Notes: a model not told the origin generated them from the sequence alone. A stretch of 64,000 nt of DNA from Phoronis australis (GCA_002633005.1 NMRA01000496.1:244607-308606); one strand, 5' to 3'. Counted from the stretch's first letter, positions 25,901-39,591 are shown. Numbers and translations are program-made.

Positions 25901-28900
25901 CACAGACTACATGCAGGCTGCATTTCGCCTTGTTCAACTGCCTATAAAAGGAAAGTTGAATTACAATTTTTTTGAAATTACGGTGACTCAAAAATTCTCT
26001 TTAACATGGTAGGACTTGGCTTGTCTATACAAACCCTCAACAGGTGACAAATCGTCGATTTTATTGTGGTTGATCAGTGGCGCGCAGAGAGTTCCAATCA
26101 AAAGTAACAGCTAAACAGGGAGAGGTTCACCTTTAAGTATCGAATCGTTCGTAGTGTTTGATCAATGAAAGTGTGTGCATACGCAAAATTTTTTTCTCTT
26201 TTGAAGACATGATATAAATAGCGACTGCTCGCTGTTTGCACACAGGTTTTTCGTGTATCTAGCTCCCCTCATCTCTCGGCAACCTCCAAAAAGTGACAAT
26301 TGAACCTTTAATGCCACTGTTTCGCTGAAGAGAATCTTTTTAAAAGTTTCGGTAATATTAATTGTGACGAATTTGAGAAACATTTGACGTCATTGAACAT
26401 AGGTATTTTGGTGAGTAATTCTCAACAGGTTTGCAAATGTTTCACCTTTAACATACACACGCACGTCTTAGTTAAACACGAGCTTTTCAGCTGAAGATCT
26501 ATTTTATTGTAGCCGTTGCCCTCCCCCTCCCTAAATCATGTATCGTATTGGTGGCAACATAAACTCAATGTTCATCCATTTGTTCGAAATTCGATCATTG
26601 GATTTATGACATTGTGTATATCCAACAGCATGCCTGCTGGTTTGAATGAAGATCATACCACAGGCACTCTTTTCAGGCGCTACACGTGACTCAATAACAT
26701 AAGGTATACAGCAGGTAAGGATAGATTCGTTGGATCTAGGCAGTAAAGTTCAAGTGCAACAGTACCATACTCAGGAAACCCTAAAGCTGAGTACCACATT
26801 TCTTCATTGCGCATGCTCACGTAACCTATCCATCAAGTAAAAATGACAACGTGAGTGACGCTGATCGCTGATTGGTTTAAAGTTTTGTGTCGTTCATTAG
26901 TCAGAGGTATCGGTCTGCTTACACGAATCGTCCAGAGGTATATGAATGTTGTGTCGACGCGATTTGATAACATTGGTGGTGTTTGTCCTACGCATTTAAT
27001 GACTGTTCACATTCATGTAAATCAGAGGCTCATTTTGTTGAAACAAAACATAGGAGAGGATCAATGTGTACAACTCCTTTTCTAATTTACTACTCTAATT
27101 CTCACACCTGTGTACCGCCATCAATGTGATTGTTTTTCACTTGATGGAGAGTCTTTGTGAACACTCGCATTGGAGAATTCTTGGATCCTGTCCCTGTTTG
27201 GTTAATTTATCACAAAGATAATAAAAGTCAAAAACAGTACGTTTTGGTCATAGATTATACATAACAGATTCGCAACTCCATTTTCTTGCGTACTATCCTA
27301 GAGGAGGCGCCACTCTCCTAAATTATCTGTTTCAGTTTCCGGTTAGTGTTTTGTGACGACATAACATCCGACCACGATTAGTAGACGACGTGCTTGCCGG
27401 AAATAAAACCAGATAATTTGACCAGGTGTCGCTAGTGAATAATGACGTTATTGCTTCTGCAAGAGCACAGATTTCTTCCATTGAAAATATACGGAGTTAG
27501 CGGCCCATGTACTATAGTCTACGGTTTTGGTATAGCCGATATAACACAAAATTCACATGCATTTCGAGACTTAACGACAAGTCCGAGACTAGTTACTACT
27601 AAACAAATAACGGAGCCAGAAACGACCCTCTTTTGTTGATTTTTTTCATGTTCACTGTTTATGAAGTAAAGAGGTATTTCCATTGCAAAATTCTATAACG
27701 TTTCTCTCTTAAAAACGTTAATTGCAGAAGTAGAATTTTTTTAATCTTTGACTATAGATGTGACACTTTCCCAATGAATGGTTATAAATACGTTCTATCT
27801 GATTTCAATAATTTATAAGAGTATATCCTTTGACGAGAGATGTATAAGTTAATTTTGAGTTTGTATGATTAACCATTGATTGATAGCAGAACAGACCCTG
27901 TTGGTTGCAACACAAATTGTTTCATGGACTAGGTTACCAGCGCACCGTATCGTGTCACCGGAAAGGGCAGTGCAAACATAATTATTCCGCGGACCACCAC
28001 GCCACTAAGCTTGTTGTCTCCTTATGATCTCTGAGTGAAGTTCAGTTGACTCCGTGAACGGTTCACTGATCAATGAAGTGACTCGTTGATATTTCTCTGT
28101 CTAATAACGGTTAGTTTTCCCCTCAGGTCCTTTTGAATCAGTTAAGGTCGTGAGATTGCAAGGGATTTCTTCCCTAACTATGTTTTACCCTTGTTTGGCC
28201 TCCGTGTACCCCCCCCCCCTTCCTCCCGGGTCATCATCTTTAATTTAATTCAGAAGGAAAAAAGGTGGAAGGAAATGAAAAATGATGTTAACTATTCAAA
28301 AATGCCCCATGTACGTTTTTTATGCAAATTGGCATCGCGATTACCGAATTTTCGTTATTTTTGCACATCTGACTATTTCTTATAACTGAAAATTAACTGC
28401 GAATATGGCAGCGGTTCATCAGCAATACGATGATTTCTTCATTGGGTGTATGGCGTTTGTCACGGACAGTTAAGCGAACATAGTCAACTTTAGACTTGTG
28501 AGTGTGATACTCCTCTACCATATATTGCCCACGATAGGAAATTACGACTGGGATCATGTATAGGTAGGTGATCTCCTCAAACCATTTCTTCACGTGAGGA
28601 GTGACATCGTAATCAACACCAAGTAGTCAAAATTCACTGCAAAACGCGGCATCTGTTCAAGCTTTCATATGGGCCACTGTTGCTTTACCTGGTACAAACT
28701 TCTCCAGTGAATATATAAAACCAAATAATAGAACTTCACAGCTGCCATCGCCCCAGGACATTGCCGGTTCAGAGTGTCCTTGTTATTGCCGATGTTAACT
28801 AGAGTATATGTCTAGGGTAGCTACACATACACAACCGGCAGTATCGCCATGGAAACATCAATATCATAAAAACCCAAATTCTTTGTTAAGGACACTAATG

Positions 28901-31900
28901 ACGTCTTTTTCCAACGACGTTTGACAGCATATGACGTACAAAACAGTTCGTACATCTTGGTTGCTGTACATTTTTGCCGATTTTCCGATCACGAATGCGA
29001 GGGCATAAGAGATAAAATTTGTTGACCAATGCAAATACGTTTTACCTTATTGGTGACATTAAATGTTCTCAGTGCCATCTGTGGAGGCATTTAGGAACAA
29101 ATTGTTCCAAATGCCAAAACATCATCTCATCCAACTGTTTTGTTCTGCGCTGCATAGCATATTTTGTTTATAATAACCGCACTTTGTCTTTGACCAATCC
29201 TTTCAGTCCGTGTTCCTAACAAGTTGAAGTTATTGATTCGGATTTAGCCCGGCAGCAGTGCGTTAGGCTGTGACCTGGGGCTCCAGGTGTGATTCCGGGC
29301 TGAGGCTTGTCTCAGAAAATTACTTCCCTTGCCGATAACGTCTCTTTGTTTACATCATATAAAACAAATTTGTACCATTACACAAAACTAAAAAATTCTG
29401 GGTGGTAAGAATTAAGAATCTGTCCTGTTTTAGAATGCTTTTAATTTAACTTAACTAAATTAAATTTAAAGCCAGTCCGAAATTGTAAACATTAACTATT
29501 CTTATGCATTTGGCATAATATAAACAAGCCATAGATACCACAAGGAAAACATTTATGATTTTGGTGAGAATAAAACACGTCACGCTGTTATTCAGCCATA
29601 TGAACCAACTGCCTAGACTACTAGTTATTTCTAATGATTTCCCGGAGTAATTTAGGACGACAATTTCATTCAAACTAGTAAAAAATTGATTTTAAGAATC
29701 TGAATGACGACTTAATTAAATATCATATTTCTGGAATCTTTGTTAAAATTTCATTATGGGATCAGTCCAAAGGTGAGGTCGAACTTACAAAGTCAACGGT
29801 GACCGTCCAACACTGCTGATGGAGTTAAGATCCATTTGTTGCTTTACACCTCTGGTCAAAGCTGATACCTCCAACAAGACTGTCCAGTCCAAAATACGTT
29901 TTTCTCCGCAACTAGACGCTTCAAAGTAATATACGTTTGTAACAAAAACATATTGTAAAATGTACCAGCAGATATGTGATCTATGACAAAAATTGGCTAG
30001 CTAACATTTATTTGCATCAAACGCTTGTTTTTAGCCTTGGGAATTTATGGAATTGCGTCGAAATTCATATTTAAAGACTCCTTTGATCTGCTTAGACAAA
30101 GCTTTGGCATCTACATATTGTAAATTTTTTTAATGTTTATTATCAATTTTGAAGTCCTTCACAATGCTGTCATTCTTAGACATATGTTGATAGCTTCACA
30201 CAATACGTAAGTATGAAAAAAGGATCAACTAAATGACATCCTCGGGTTACAGGAACATATTTGTAATTCTCATACGAATCCGTGTATAATCACACAAAGA
30301 CGAACGTCAAGGCGCACAGACTCGCTGAATTAGAAGATGTCCAAATTAAAGTGCTAAAACGTAAATAAATTTTCTTAGATACAGAGCCGAAAGCTTTTCC
30401 AAAGTCTACCAACACTAGTTGAGCATGAGTTTAATGCATGAGATTATAATATAAAACGTTCCACGGTTTTCATCTTTGTTTTTAGAACACGTTTGATTTT
30501 TGTTAATCAATGCGTCAGATGACATACGATTACCAGCACAACCCGGTAATATTTTGTGAGTTGTCTTGAGCAATAAAGTGGCTTCCAGTAACTCGGCTAT
30601 CTTCTGGTTTAATCTTTTATAGAAAGGATAGCAGTAACTCTTTGATGCAGACCGAACGGCAAGGGCCCGTCTTAAAGAACTTGTTAGAAGCACTGGTAGA
30701 CCAACAAAAAATAAATTCCATTGAGAATGCACCAATCCCAGGTGTCTTGCTTTTTTAACATAATTGTTTGTGTATATTACGCTTCAAAACTACTGTGGTG
30801 CCCCTGGTGACATTTTTTCTCCTCTACAGCTGAATCTCCTAAGTCCCTTGCTAAATGTTTTTTTTTGAGATTTTGCTATTGTATTCATATTAACCTGACA
30901 GTGGGCGGACGGATTCGACTACCGCTGCAGTTTGTCGTCTTTGTATCTTTGAAGTTCTTTGATGGATTTTCATGAAATATGGTAAATAGTTTTGAGAGAC
31001 AACCATACGTTCCAATTTTGGAGGTTTTTCAACGTATCCTGTACCATCTAATGATACAAATAAACACCCGTAGAAGCACACCGTTTTGCGATGCAGTCGT
31101 GGGTGAATTTCAAAGCTCCGCGTTGCTCTTGTCTATGCGGAAGACTTGGTATAATTCTGCAGATGGTCCTCTCTAGTACAAGTCTTGTTCAAGACGACGA
31201 GACTAGTAAACATGACAAGTAACAGTCGTCGACTTGCCTTTCACGATATAAGCAGAAAACCGTAAGTTTAACCACCTCTTTATAAATGAGGTAGGTGTTA
31301 TTTACAATTTTTTACCAAAAAATAAAAATCCGATTGTTTACGGCAAGATGTATCGTAAACATGGAAAACATGTTTCTTCAGTAACAGAATTTTCGATTTA
31401 CTGCATAAAAACGCTGCCACCTGGTGGTTCCGTAAGTCACCATGGGCTGGAGAAACAATCGTGCTAAATTTCTGTTTCTTAGCGGAAACGGTTGCCTAAA
31501 CTGACACACCTTAAAATACCTCGTGTGTGCACCGTCAAAATAACATATTGGCAAGATATTGTAAGTATATATTAAAATTTATATGACTATCAATTTTTAA
31601 ATGTATAATGGTAATCCTGTGTATAACAATGAAGGTATTGATGCACTTGTACATGTGTATATATTGCATCTCTAAATAAGTACTTTCATCTGTAAACTTA
31701 TGTATATACAAATACATACATGTGTATATGTATATGTCACTATAATTTGGCAGTAATCTTTCTCGTATACATATTTCATTGAAGACATGACGTTGATCTG
31801 TTTTTAAGAGTTTAATTTTAGTTCTTTCAAACTCTCGAAATAGAGATCTTGTCTTTACATCACAACAGTGCAATAAAAATCCAAACGACATCAGTAGGTA

Positions 31901-31913
31901 ACATAATTTATAA

Positions 31914-31950
31914 AGCGATATTTCGACACACATATCTCATCTTCAGGCTA
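31914..31950 (-). ncRNA. Minimal type I hammerhead ribozyme in Penelope pLTR (copy 1)
   Basis: - strand: uAGC CUGAAGA u GAGAU augugu GUC GAAA UAUC GCU; contains the CUGANGA and GAAA cores, stem I AGC/GCU and a palindromic stem III. Confidence 0.65.
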
Positions 31951-32385
31951 CTATTTAAAACTAGTTCACAGTGAAACGCACATCAGAAATGACAAAAATG
32001 TAATATAACACGTGAAGTTGGCATGCGCAACTATGACCATTAAAACACATATAAATATACACGCGTTGCTCTGCATCATAATGCACAGACCGCCTAAATA
32101 ATGATAGAGCCCTTCGAGTTCCAGTTAGGTGCTCATTCAAACTGGGTTTTTCAAACATTATTAGAAGCGACTCTAATGTTCATAACCTGTGTACATTATT
32201 TTCAATGCATCAAATGACTGTATTGTCAAATATAAATCGGTAAATAAAACAACAAGAATGGATCAACTGAAATTTGAAATTTTCGGATGTAATAACTTCC
32301 TTTGTCAACAGAAACAGAAATAAAGTAATACGTTATGTATTGTCAACAATCTCCCGACGAGTTATCTTAGGCATATGGGAAACCC

Positions 32386-32538
32386 GGCGTGCGTTCAGTA
32401 GACGCTAGGACCTACGCTAGGACCTAGCTAAAACCTAGTCAAAGTCACGTGTTCTCACTTAAAATGCACGGCAATATCTCACGTTATCTCGCGAAGTCTT
32501 GCTTTCTAGCGAGGTCCTAGCGTTACTGAACGGGAGGC
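32386..32538. mobile_element. ~150 bp MITE, copy 3 (inside the Penelope relic)
   Basis: Homology to 2351-2499. Confidence 0.75.
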
Positions 32539-33273
32539 CGGTGTATCCCGAGTGAGGTACTGATGTAGAATCTCCTCAACACCTGGTAGAGTCTTGTCCA
32601 GCTTTTTATAGGCTAAGGGGCAAACTACTGGATGGCACTGTTACATGTCTACAACATATAGTGCATGGTAATGAATGGAAACGTCTGTCCGTTTTCTTAA
32701 AGGAGACTGGCAGACTTGAATACTTTCTTCATGAAGAACCATAATGGGGCTCTCATGCTTTTGCTCAGGTGTTTTGTGCAATGGGCCCAACCATGAGGCC
32801 TGTGCACGTCTGATGCACCGCAAATACATCAGGCCACCTGCACTGTTTTTTTTTTTGAACATTTTGAAAACGGTCTTTTATGGAGCCATTTTGGAAATGT
32901 ATTGAAAGTCGTCGCGACGAGGAACAGACTGTGTGCCCAATGTAATTTTGTTTCTGATGAGGACGAAAACATTCGACCGCGGGACAAGTAAACTCATAAA
33001 CAGCATTACATCTAGCAATAGTGCGGACCTTCTCACGACTAATATTATTTCTCATTACTAAATTAGAGGTCTTCATATTATTGTAATAAATAATTACATC
33101 TAGCTTGTCTTTAGGATTAACAACTTTTACATTATTTTAGATTATGTTCTTTAGGACTTGCTCATCTTGTACATAACTTTTGGACATACAGTTTTCGTAG
33201 AATAGTTTATTAACATTACCAGTAAATGTTTGTACATGATAATGGTGCCAAACTTTTGAGACAAACTGATTAA

Positions 33274-34966
33274 AGGAGCATGCCACCCAAAACACAACCT
33301 AATTTGTATCAATTTAGATCGAGTATTTCTACTCCATAACGGCACGTACGGTTGCGTTACCTGACACCTGACGGCAGACGGAGGTGTTGAATTTATCCAA
33401 TGACGTAATTGGTTTCACACGCAATCTGTTCAGAAGTTCACAACACGCGTAACTGGTGTCAGCTTATCGCTTGAATTCATCGTTTAACACCAATAAATCA
33501 TCAAACTTTGATGTAAAACCCTTAAAAATACACCGAGTTCTAATAAAAACGTGTTGTTTTATTTCGCTGTTACGGATTTATTGGTATTTGGACACACCGT
33601 AGACTACAAAGTTCGGCAGGCCAATAAAGGTCCGTAGCAAGAGTTTGGGGTCTGTTCGGAGATAATTTCGAAGTATTTTCCGTGAGATACAGACAGGAGA
33701 ACCTAGATCTGTGTTGTTTAGACTTGTGATTTTTTTAGTTCTATACACACAAAACGCTTGTTATCCTGGCCAGTGGCTCGGAGCCCGATCAGGCCCGTCG
33801 CGACCGGTCGGATTGACTCGTTATCCCGGCCAGTGGCTCGGAAACTGATCAGACATCACGAACATAAACCAGCTAAAGTTGGAAACTAAACTTCCAGTCA
33901 AGAAAATACTATAATAGTGAGCCAAAGTAATGCGCACGTGATTATGTTGGTGAATTACCCACGAAACTGTAAATCTACTTACTCGTCGGGAGCTTCGAAT
34001 TTAGGTTCCGCTTTGGCCACAGCACCGTCAGGGCAGAAGTTGTACAAAGACAATCATTATTTTAATAATGTAAATTTAAATAAAGACTCCCCTAACACCA
34101 GGCCGTCTGATGGAAATCGACTGAGTTGTTTCACAACAGTTTCTGCCAGCAAACACTAAATTAGCATGAGCTCACACGGCCTCGGTGTCCCGTCAAATAG
34201 TTTTATTGCACCTAAAGCCGGTAACGCAGTGATTTATTCATTGCTGGCATTTCAAATCATTTGCATTCACGAACACTCCACAGGCATTACAAATTGCATC
34301 TAATAAAGTAGACCTTGTTTCAGTTTTATATAAGTATTGGTTAGGATGAGAATAATTCATTTTGAAACAGAACGCTCAGTAATAAACATCAATATGGCAA
34401 CTCGCAATCTCGACTTAGACGAGAGCTCATCAGTCGATCCCTACGAAGACTTCGCAGGTGGATCGTTAAGTTTCACAGGCTATCAATTCGAACAGGAATG
34501 CAGTGATGAAGAAATACTAGAGAGGCGCCGTGAACAAGCTCAGACAACGGAACGTATGGATTGGATAGTTATTTGGTAAGCCGGCATTCGTCAGGCACTG
34601 TCGACGACTGCAGGCCACAGACACGGAAATGTTTCACGGCCTCATACTTGCTATTTACAGCGTACTTTTCATTCTTCACTACCACGAGCCACTTCCTAAG
34701 CATTTCGGTCTCTCGAGGAAGTCGAAAAAACGATATACCCGCTTTCCTCGCAGCTGCATAGTTCGGACAAGCGGGAACGATGTACCGCAATATAGCGGCA
34801 TTCACTCTGCAGATGAACCACTGACGTCGCTAGCGGCGTTTCTCACCTTCCTCACAGGTTAACGCGACACCTCTTGCCAAGGTAAGGTCGACCGTATGCG
34901 AGGCGACGTGGATATAGACCGATTAAGACGGCAAAAAAGACTAATTATATAGGGTGGCATTCTACT
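33274..34966 (-). mobile_element. Non-autonomous Kolobok-like DNA transposon, copy 2 (inserted in a Penelope-like element)
   Basis: TTAA on both sides, TIRs AGGAGCATGCCACCC / GGGTGGCATTCTACT, THAP remnant (ORF 34569-34805). Confidence 0.85.
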
Positions 34967-36092
34967 TTAATGTGCTTATCCACAAATGAATTTGTATAAC
35001 CATTATTTATTAGAAGTTGTTTTACATATTGGACTTCACTAATGAACAGGTTTCAGTCCGGCGATATAGTGTAAGCTCTCTTTACGAGATTGACTAGACA
35101 GCTATCTTATAACGCTCAGGACAGTCACTATCAGCATGGAGACAAATACGTTTATCAGTAGGCTTTTAATAATCTGATGTGATGAATCTTGTGCCTAAGT
35201 TACAAATAAGTACATCTAGAAAAAGTATCTTATCATTCACAGATGTTTCATGAGTGAATTTCAACACTGTTAGGGTCTCAAGCACAGTCATAAGCGATAC
35301 CATTTCATCAAAATTACAATAGACGAAAATGTCATCAACATATCGAACATATATAGGAATGTGGTCAATGTTCGTATTAACTCATTTTCAACTTCTGACA
35401 TATGAAATTCAGTCAACGTTGGGCCTAATGGAACCCATACTAACACCATCTTTCTGCAAAAATAGTATACCATTTACATGTCGAAATGGTACCGTCGTAG
35501 TTCAAGTTAATAGCATTTCTTTAAGCATGTCCTTTGGAATCTCAGGTTTCAAATTTGGATGCTTATAGATATTGCTAATAATAATAGATATGGTTTCAAG
35601 TACTGGGACGTTGGTGAATAACTACTATGCATCCAGTGACATTGATTGGCAGCCAGTAATAGGTACAGTGTTACGCAAAATCTCAAGGAAGTCATCACGT
35701 GACTTAATACTATACTGACTTTGAATATACGACTTTATGATTATATGTAGGTGTTAATCTTTGAGAAATGACAGGTCTCATTGTATTATTCAATTTATGT
35801 GTCTTAGGGTTGCCATAAAGATAACCTTTAGAGAAATCACCTTCAATAAGTCACATCAACTTCATCAACTTAGGATAATTTTGCGCTATAGTCCTGAAAT
35901 GAACATCACGGAGAGTTGCCCTTAGACTGTCTTGCGGGTTCACAAGCAGACCCCGTTTTGCTTTCATCTTAGTTAAGTTGTTTATGTCCAAGACAAGGAA
36001 GATTATTATTCAATCACCGTTTTATTCAATTATAAAACATAAACTGAAGAAAACTCAAAAACGTCAAATTTAAGAAACTTAGCAAATATTAG

Positions 36093-37744
36093 AGGAGAAT
36101 GCCACCCGATTTAACTTGTCTTTTTTACCATCTTAATCGGTCTAGATCTATATCGCCTCTTATACGGTTGGCCTCACCTTGCCGAGAGGTGTCGCGTTAA
36201 TCTGTGAGGAAGGTGAGAAACGACGCAGCGACGTCAGCGGTTCATCTGCAGAGTGAATGCCGTTATATTGCGGTGCATCGTTCCCGCTATGAAGCCATGA
36301 AGAAAGCGGGTATATCGCTTTTTTGACTTCCTCGAGAGCCCGAAATGCTTAGGAAGTGGCTCGCGGTATTGAAAAATGAAAAGTACACTGTTAATAGCAA
36401 GTATGAAGCCGTGAAATATCTTCGTGTCTGTGGCCGGCATTTCGTCGACAGTGATTTCTCTGACGAATTCCGGCTTACCAAAGAACTACCCATACGTTCT
36501 GTCGTCTGTACATGTTCACGGCGCCTCTCCAGTATTTATTGATCAGTGTATTCCGGTTCGAAGTGATAGCCTGTGAGACCTAACGATCGCACCCGTGAAG
36601 TCTTCGTCGGATGAGCTCTCGACCAAGTCCGGATTGGCGCGAGTTGCCATGTAGACCTTTATTATTCTGCGTTCTGTTTTACTGAATTATTCTCACCCTT
36701 ACCAATGCTTATATAAAACTGAAACTACGTCTGCCTCATTAGATACAATTTGTAATGCCTTTGCAGTATTCGTGAGTGCAAATGTTTTGAGAAGCTAGTA
36801 ATGAATAATCCATTGCGTTACCGGCTTTTGATGCCGGCAACAAAGGTAATTGACCGGGCACCGAGGCCGTGTGAGCGCATGCTAATTCAGTGTTTGCTGA
36901 CAGAAAGTTGTTGGGAAACAAGAACTTGATTTTATATGCTATGGTCACATGTTAGGGGAATCTATATTTAGTTAAACAAATACATTATTCAAATCATTGT
37001 TACTGTACAGCCTTTGTCCTGACGGTCTGTGGAAGGGGAACCTGACTTCGCTGCCCCCGACAAGTATAAGTAGATTTACAGTTTCGTAGCTAATTCACCT
37101 AAATACTTACGTGCACATTATTTCTTTGGCTCATTATTCTATAGTCTTTTCGTGACCGGAGGTTTAGTTTCCAACTTAAGCTGGTTTATGTTCTTGATGT
37201 ACAGTCCCGGCGGCCACGACGGACAGGCTGATCGGGTTCCGAGCCACTGACGGAGAGTGTATTTAGAACTGAAAAAATCGCGTCTAAAAGTACAACACAC
37301 ACCTATGTTCCCCCGTTTGTATTGCACTGAAGAATGATTCGAATTTATCCCCAAACAGACCCAAACGCCCGCGATCGACCATGGTAGCGGCCCGTCACAG
37401 GCGAACTCTGTTGGCTACGGTACGTTCAAATACCCGGAAATCCGTAACATTGAAATAAAACAACACGTTTGTTCAAGAACTCGATGTATTTGTAAGGGGT
37501 TTACATTGAAGTTTGATGATTCATTGGTGTAAAACAATGAATTCAAGCGATAAGTTGACACCAGTAAGCGTGTTGTGAACGGCTGAACAGACTGCGTTCG
37601 AACCGATTATGTCATTGGTTAATTTCAACACCTCCGTCTGCCGTTAGGTGTCAGGTAAAAGAACTGACCTTGCTGTTATCGAGCGGAACTACTCGATAGG
37701 CTAAATTGATACAAAATAGGTAGTTTTTTGGGTGGCATTCTCCT
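36093..37744 (+). mobile_element. Non-autonomous Kolobok-like DNA transposon, copy 3
   Basis: ttag|AGGAGAATGCCACCC ... GGGTGGCATTCTCCT|TTAA; colinear with copy 1. Confidence 0.85.
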
Positions 37745-38697
37745 TTAAGACCTTAACTGCAGACACGCGTTCCATCTTCCCTTCGTTTGCGAGTTGACTT
37801 ACGACTGTAATTTTAACTATGCAAGTAGCGGAGCTCAAATTTGATTGCAAAATTGAGGCGCCAACTGAAGGTCCTTACAGGACAGAAAAATCTGTGATCT
37901 ACTAAATCTAAAATGAGGCCGGGGAACGACACCAACAGAAAATTAAATTCAGTATGGGGAATAAATGTTATACTTCTGGTTACAATAACTGAGGGCATCG
38001 TGCGCTGGCGGTCCTAGGGTACCCAGCCAGTCGATGGTGTATTTTTCTGATCGTATCCGGTGTGGGAGGGAGCAGTTGAACTCCGCCTATGTCGAAAAGA
38101 GCTTCTACAACTTTGTGCAACCAGATGGCAGTTCAGTTCTCCTCCATCAAAACACAATTCATTTGCAGTTGAAGAAAGGTATTCCGAGAATGATTGTCGT
38201 TACAGCGCAACGAACGCGAAAAGAAACGGGAGGGCAAATTTGACGTGTTTGTAACACAAGTTCTGGTGTCTAATGTGGTGCATTTCTTAATTGGATAGGC
38301 CTACCTTATGACCCAATACATACGTGCTTATTGGGTCCTACGCTACGTAACTCCAATCCGCTTATTGCTGACGGATATGCAAGAAAACGGCCTTAAAATA
38401 GTGTAGTGTGACAAACTGCCTAGGTAGTGCAAGAGGTGTAAGTGAGTAGCTCAAGCAATATAAGCAAGCTTCCCGAAATTGTGCGCAAATAGTTGCCATG
38501 GCAGTGGTCATTTTAGATTCTGCAGATCTTGGGCGAATGGATTGCTCTTCAAAGAATAATGTGTCGTTTTTTTGAAATCATTGATCATGAGACGATGAAG
38601 GTTGAATGGGTGTGAACAGATTACAAAAAATGACGTTGTTTGAACTGCACATGCCATATCATCTACAACATTTTGTTAGGCAATAATAATAATAATA

Positions 38698-38702
<5 letters not shown>

Positions 38703-38732
<30 letters not shown>

Positions 38733-38812
38733 TGTATGTATGTATGTATGTATGTATGTATGTATGTATGTATGTATGTATGTATGTATGTATGTATGTA
38801 TGTATGTATGTA
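38703..38812. repeat. (TATG)n microsatellite preceded by (AAT)n
   Basis: Direct inspection. Confidence 0.98.
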
Positions 38813-39077
38813 TATTGTGGATTAGTAAGTCACCGATGGCGGTGATTATTTATTCCTGTCACAAATACGCCCTTCTTTATACCCGTTCAGTATTCAAGTT
38901 ACCAGCCACTGCCTTCGAAAGCCGCGTCTCTTATTTTCTAGCTCATTAGTCGGGTCTCCTTCAACTGCTTTTGTCGCAGCTCTGAAAAATTGTCTACCCT
39001 CGACTGAGCCATCTTGCATACAAACAGACGATACAAACTTTTCTCCAAATATTGCGAACTAGTGAGCTGGTAATGAT

Positions 39078-39325
39078 GCAGGATGACCGAATTGTACCGC
39101 ACAATATTGAGTTTGACAGGATGTATGATGACCGTATTGTACCGCACAATATTGAGTTTGACAGGATGTATGATGACCGTATTGTACTGCACAATATTGA
39201 GTTTAACAGGATGTATGATGACCGTATTGTACCGCACAATATTGAGTTTGACAGGATGCATGATGACTGTCCGCACAATAGTAAGTTTTTCAGAATAAAT
39301 GATGACCGTATTGAGTTTGACAAGA
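39078..39325. repeat. ~48-bp minisatellite
   Basis: gatgaccgtattgtaccgcacaatattgagtttgacaggatgtat.., 4-5 copies (16-aa repeat in the spurious ORFs). Confidence 0.9.
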
Positions 39326-39475
39326 TGTGTTATTACTTTATTGTCTACTCGAACGCAAGCTGTTGTACACAACATCCTCCCAGATTTTCAACAATAAATA
39401 TTCAAATAAAGAACAACCATATGTGTATATACGTATGTTTCAAAGTATGTATGCATGCATGCATGTGTGTAGGCA

Positions 39476-39485
39476 TGTATGTATG

Positions 39486-39517
<32 letters not shown>

Positions 39518-39591
39518 TGTATGTATGTATGTATGTATGTATGTATGTATGTATGTATGTATGTATGTATGTATGTATGTATGTATGTATG
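39476..39591. repeat. (TATG)n microsatellite ~30 bp upstream of exon 39622
   Basis: Direct inspection. Confidence 0.98.

Larger units (their letters stand above)
31735..35950 (-). mobile_element. Degraded Penelope-like retroelement (RT + GIY-YIG), interrupted by nested insertions
   Basis: RT remnants (QKDGVSMGS.LGP, YVRYVDDIF) at ~35300-35700. GIY-YIG segment NAVYEFTCPAVEC..NYIGHT..SRRLS.H.QNGSIKD at ~32860-33076. Followed by a pLTR and the ORF N-terminus (SLFREFERTKIKL..HVFNEICIRERLLPNYSD). Confidence 0.8.

Noticed and set aside
29019-29219. LIM-like peptide (HLGTNCSKCQNIISSNCFVLR)
   Set aside because: The remaining LIM His/Cys ligands and convincing exon boundaries are missing; probably chance.
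32955-32972. CTGATGAGGACGAAA hammerhead-like string on the + strand
   Set aside because: No room for stem II, lies antisense within GIY-YIG coding sequence, and is not conserved in the second copy.
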